Assembly (NCBI GenBank): GCA_050084515.1
Contig: CM114271.1
Span: forward strand, 47,616,001 to 47,680,000
Direction: 5' to 3'
DNA length: 64,000 nt
From: Blasia pusilla
Taxonomy: Eukaryota
Shown here: in pieces, positions 61,090 through 64,000 of the stretch
How the letters are laid out: each line of letters starts with the position of its first letter
Numbering within the stretch: the stretch's first letter is position 1
Translations under genes and position numbers: made by a program
Notes under the pieces: generated by a model
Told to the model about the DNA's origin: nothing
What the model saw: only the letters and a program-made list of their open reading frames with translations
Databases searched by the model: none

Positions 61090-64000
61090 GGATGCAAAAT
61101 GAGGTTTTAGATTTTTTTTTCATTTTTCCAGAACCTTCACTTTGAGCTTGAACTCTATTCAACCTAGGGCAAATGATAGATTTTTTCCAAACCTTGGATG
61201 GAAAAAGTGATTGGTTCCACACTTATGATTCCACTGATTTTTCAGTTTTCTAAATTTTGTGCAATTTGCAACTCGTCGGACTCAGAGGGGTTGCCAAAAT
61301 ATGGAAGAGGAAAAAAAAACTATGGGACTGCTTAATAACTGAGCAAAAAAGTGCAAAAAAATTCACACAAAAAGTTTCCTCTCTTCAACCCAACGGAAAC
61401 TCTCTTTAAAAAAAAGTATCTATTTCCTCTCTCCTCTCTCCTCTCTCCTCTCTTCCTCTCCTCTTACCGCACCTCAAGGAAAGCACAGTGCCAATTGTGA
61501 ATACCTCTACACTAAGGGATAGCTCAACATCACCAAGACGGTCTGGAAAAGGAATGCCCCTAAAGGAAAGACAATGGCACATAATATAACTCGCAAGTAC
61601 CTCTGAGGTTGCTCGTAGCAACAACATCACCATAGAGCTAGAAGATATGCTAAGTGCATTTTAACATTTCTGGTGGACTTCAACTACACACATAAGGGCA
61701 AGTAGAAGGTGGTAAGAATGATGCCAAAACCTATGATCCACAAAATAGGCGGAATTCCCACCAAAAAAACTAACACTGCTCCTTGCAACTACTATGTTCA
61801 TACTTATAAATTTTCCTCGCCGCATTGCTGTCTATGTCCCAGCATCTACTGTCGTAGTTCTGACCCTCCACTTATGGACAAGGTACCCACTTCAAAACCT
61901 TGCAATGATGGTGTCAAGAAGATAGGCAATAGAGTGGAATTTGGTCCCCACATTCCACACCAGGCTGCTGGTCCTCACTTGGGCCGCACACTATAGTCTA
62001 GAGAACTTCATCTCCGTGCACACATTTCAATATCTTCTTGATCAAGACTGAAATGTAAAGTGTCTAAAGCACACTTCACTTCCTCCATGAAACTAAGGCA
62101 CGGTACTTAAACTCAGGGAAATTAAACATGGTCCACCACATCATCGCCATTGTTCAAGTTGATTGGAGAATGCAAGTGATGTCCATCCCTTCTAGACACC
62201 TAAAAAAAAACATGTAGCGTTTCAATGACCGGGTCATACACACAATCAGAAAAGATAAACATTTTCAAGTTGAAGGGTTATCATGCTGTAGTATACTTGT
62301 GAGTGGAAGTCTAACTCAAAGTTCTTCTTCATTTGGCCAAGTACATCTTTCTCCTGATTTTCATGGCTTCTTTAGTTTTGCCATGTTTAGGAAAAACTAC
62401 AGGCTCACCCTGGTCCTCGACTTGGTCAGGACTAGAGGAGATACGGGACGAACGCCGAGATGGACATAGACCTCTTGAAACCGGGTTCATGGTTTGATAG
62501 GCTGGCTTTTCAGAAGCAGGTGAGCTCTTGCCCATGAATGCAGCAAACATATTTTATAGTTTCAAGATTACAGTGCCGATTCTCCCCGTCTCCCTTGCAC
62601 AATGGAACCTATGTAAGAACATTACCAACCATACAAGTAAGCAAAGAATGGTTACGTGGGCATTCAAAGACAGGTTGCACATGTCCATCATGCAAAGAAA
62701 AGGTGCAATGTTTTAGAAGAGGATGAGAGCATCCGCATAGTAGTGATATTCGACTATGTTGCATAAATACTTCTGAGCACATAAATGGAAGAGCCGAATG
62801 CCTGTAAAATTTTTGACTTTGAATAACGATATTCCATCGAACTAACGGCTGCCACCAACTTAACCCATTACCCCTACAAAAGTAGACATAGGGTTGTCTA
62901 CACGTGGATCAACATCTAAAATCTACATACAACTGAGCCCTATGACTCATAGGGCCCAATTTACACAGATACAAACACGATAATATTCAAGCTACAAACA
63001 AGTGAATAAGCATTAGGTGGTATCCGGAATTGACCACGGAAATCTACAATCTCTACTATTTTAGGGTGTTCTAGTAGGTTTTCAAGATGTTGAAGATTGT
63101 CCATTACTTGCACATATAAGAGCATGAACAACGTCATTAATTACTAGCCAACACTACGCTAGATCATAGCATGTATGTGAAGTAAAAAAGGAAAGTAGGA
63201 TGTATGCAACGAGCTTACCACGAGCTAAATTGAGAATGGCGAAGGAGTTGATAACTTCAGTCAAATCTAAAGGCTCGTCTTTCTCCACAAGTACGTTATC
63301 ATCTACAACAGTCTAGTCGATAAGGTAGATGCTCTTAGGAGTGAACCCAATCACCCAAGGGTTTGAGTTTTTTTCGTCGATATTATCTGTTGTGTTTAAT
63401 CTTCTCTTTAGTTGAATCATGCATACAAATTTTGATACCATGTTGCCTTGTGATGCCTTCATAAGATTCTTGATGTGTGGAATCCTCTAGGCTTTCATCT
63501 TCCCTCTCTCATTACCAACTACCAGAAACTCTATTTTTCCTTGCTTGTGGAAATAGGAATCAAACCAAACATGATTCCCCACCATGCGTGCTTTTGGTGA
63601 GAAGGCCACGTTGTATCCGGAATTTCTTGATGCAAGTTCTAAGCAATAGTAGGTATCTACATGAAACCCCAGGATTATCCAATCATCCAAATAATTTTGG
63701 GATTTCTCGTGGGATTGCTTGCATATAATGTTAGCTAAACAGAATTGGGCACATGAGTCCGTGTGAATCATGGGGCTCACCCATGTTTCGACCGACTCTT
63801 GAAATCCAGAAAGAAACGTGTAACATCTGTGAGAAAACAGAAAGTGACGAAATCACTGAAATCTTTACAAAACTTAGAGATACAAAGTGGCCTAGTCCGT
63901 CCGTGCGCTCACAGAAGAGCTTCGATAGAACCTGAATTGGGAGATAACTCGACATACGAGAATGCACTACCGCTGCGGCTCCTGACTATTTGACTACTCG

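Larger units (their letters stand above)
48100..61295. repeat. Dispersed and tandem arrays of a 27-29-bp palindrome, consensus (T)GCAACCCGTCGGA-N-TCCGACGGGTTGC(A)
   Basis: Clusters at ~48100-48520, 49100-49200, 50079-50470, 52570-53195, 54759-55760, 59208-59530 and 61267-61295. Tandem period ~58-67 bp. Example TGCAACCCGTCGGGTTCCGACGGGTTGCA at 50317-50345. About 40-45 copies by eye. Confidence 0.92.
47581..61475. mobile_element. Large Mutator-like DNA transposon with divergent transposase and ParB-like/amino-MTase accessory gene
   Basis: 10-bp TSD AAGGAAAGCA (47571-47580 / 61476-61485). Degenerate G-initiated TIRs (GGGGGTTGGTA... vs reverse complement GAGGTGCGGTA...) share GAGAGGAAGAGAGGAGA. 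Contains a MULE DDE + SWIM transposase. Confidence 0.88.

Noticed and set aside
61486-64000. Fragmentary Cys-containing minus-strand frames after the MULE (and 46400-47570 before it)
   Set aside because: Probably a decayed gene of the older element the MULE inserted into, but no domain could be supported.

Overview
Eukaryotic, intron-containing, TE-dense DNA, most likely from a non-seed land plant (inferred from a single-domain THG1, a plant-type 3xCBM22-GH10 xylanase and the TE repertoire; the species cannot be named from sequence alone). Two intact host genes lie head-to-head: THG1 (minus, 6 exons, with a nearly intact LINE in intron 4) and a GH10 xylanase (plus, 7 exons). The rest is nested, mostly decayed transposons. 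Two stand out because they carry DNA methyltransferase domains. (1) A 13.9-kb Mutator-like element (47581-61475, 10-bp TSD AAGGAAAGCA) encodes, divergently from its transposase, a ParB/Sulfiredoxin-like + beta-class N6/N4 amino-methyltransferase-like gene. Its introns and intergenic spacer hold roughly 40-45 copies of a 27-29-bp palindrome (GCAACCCGTCGGA-N-TCCGACGGGTTGC), a candidate TE-encoded 'binding site + epigenetic writer' system. (2) A Ty3/Gypsy family (1139-10130, plus a deletion derivative at 18070-23947) has a DNMT3-like C5-cytosine methyltransferase between protease and RT, a PHD finger after integrase, and unusual asymmetric/split terminal repeats. Also present: a Helitron relic, a CRE-like LINE fragment, two other MULE relics and two solo LTRs of one family. 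All domain calls come from manual motif reading; no searches were run.
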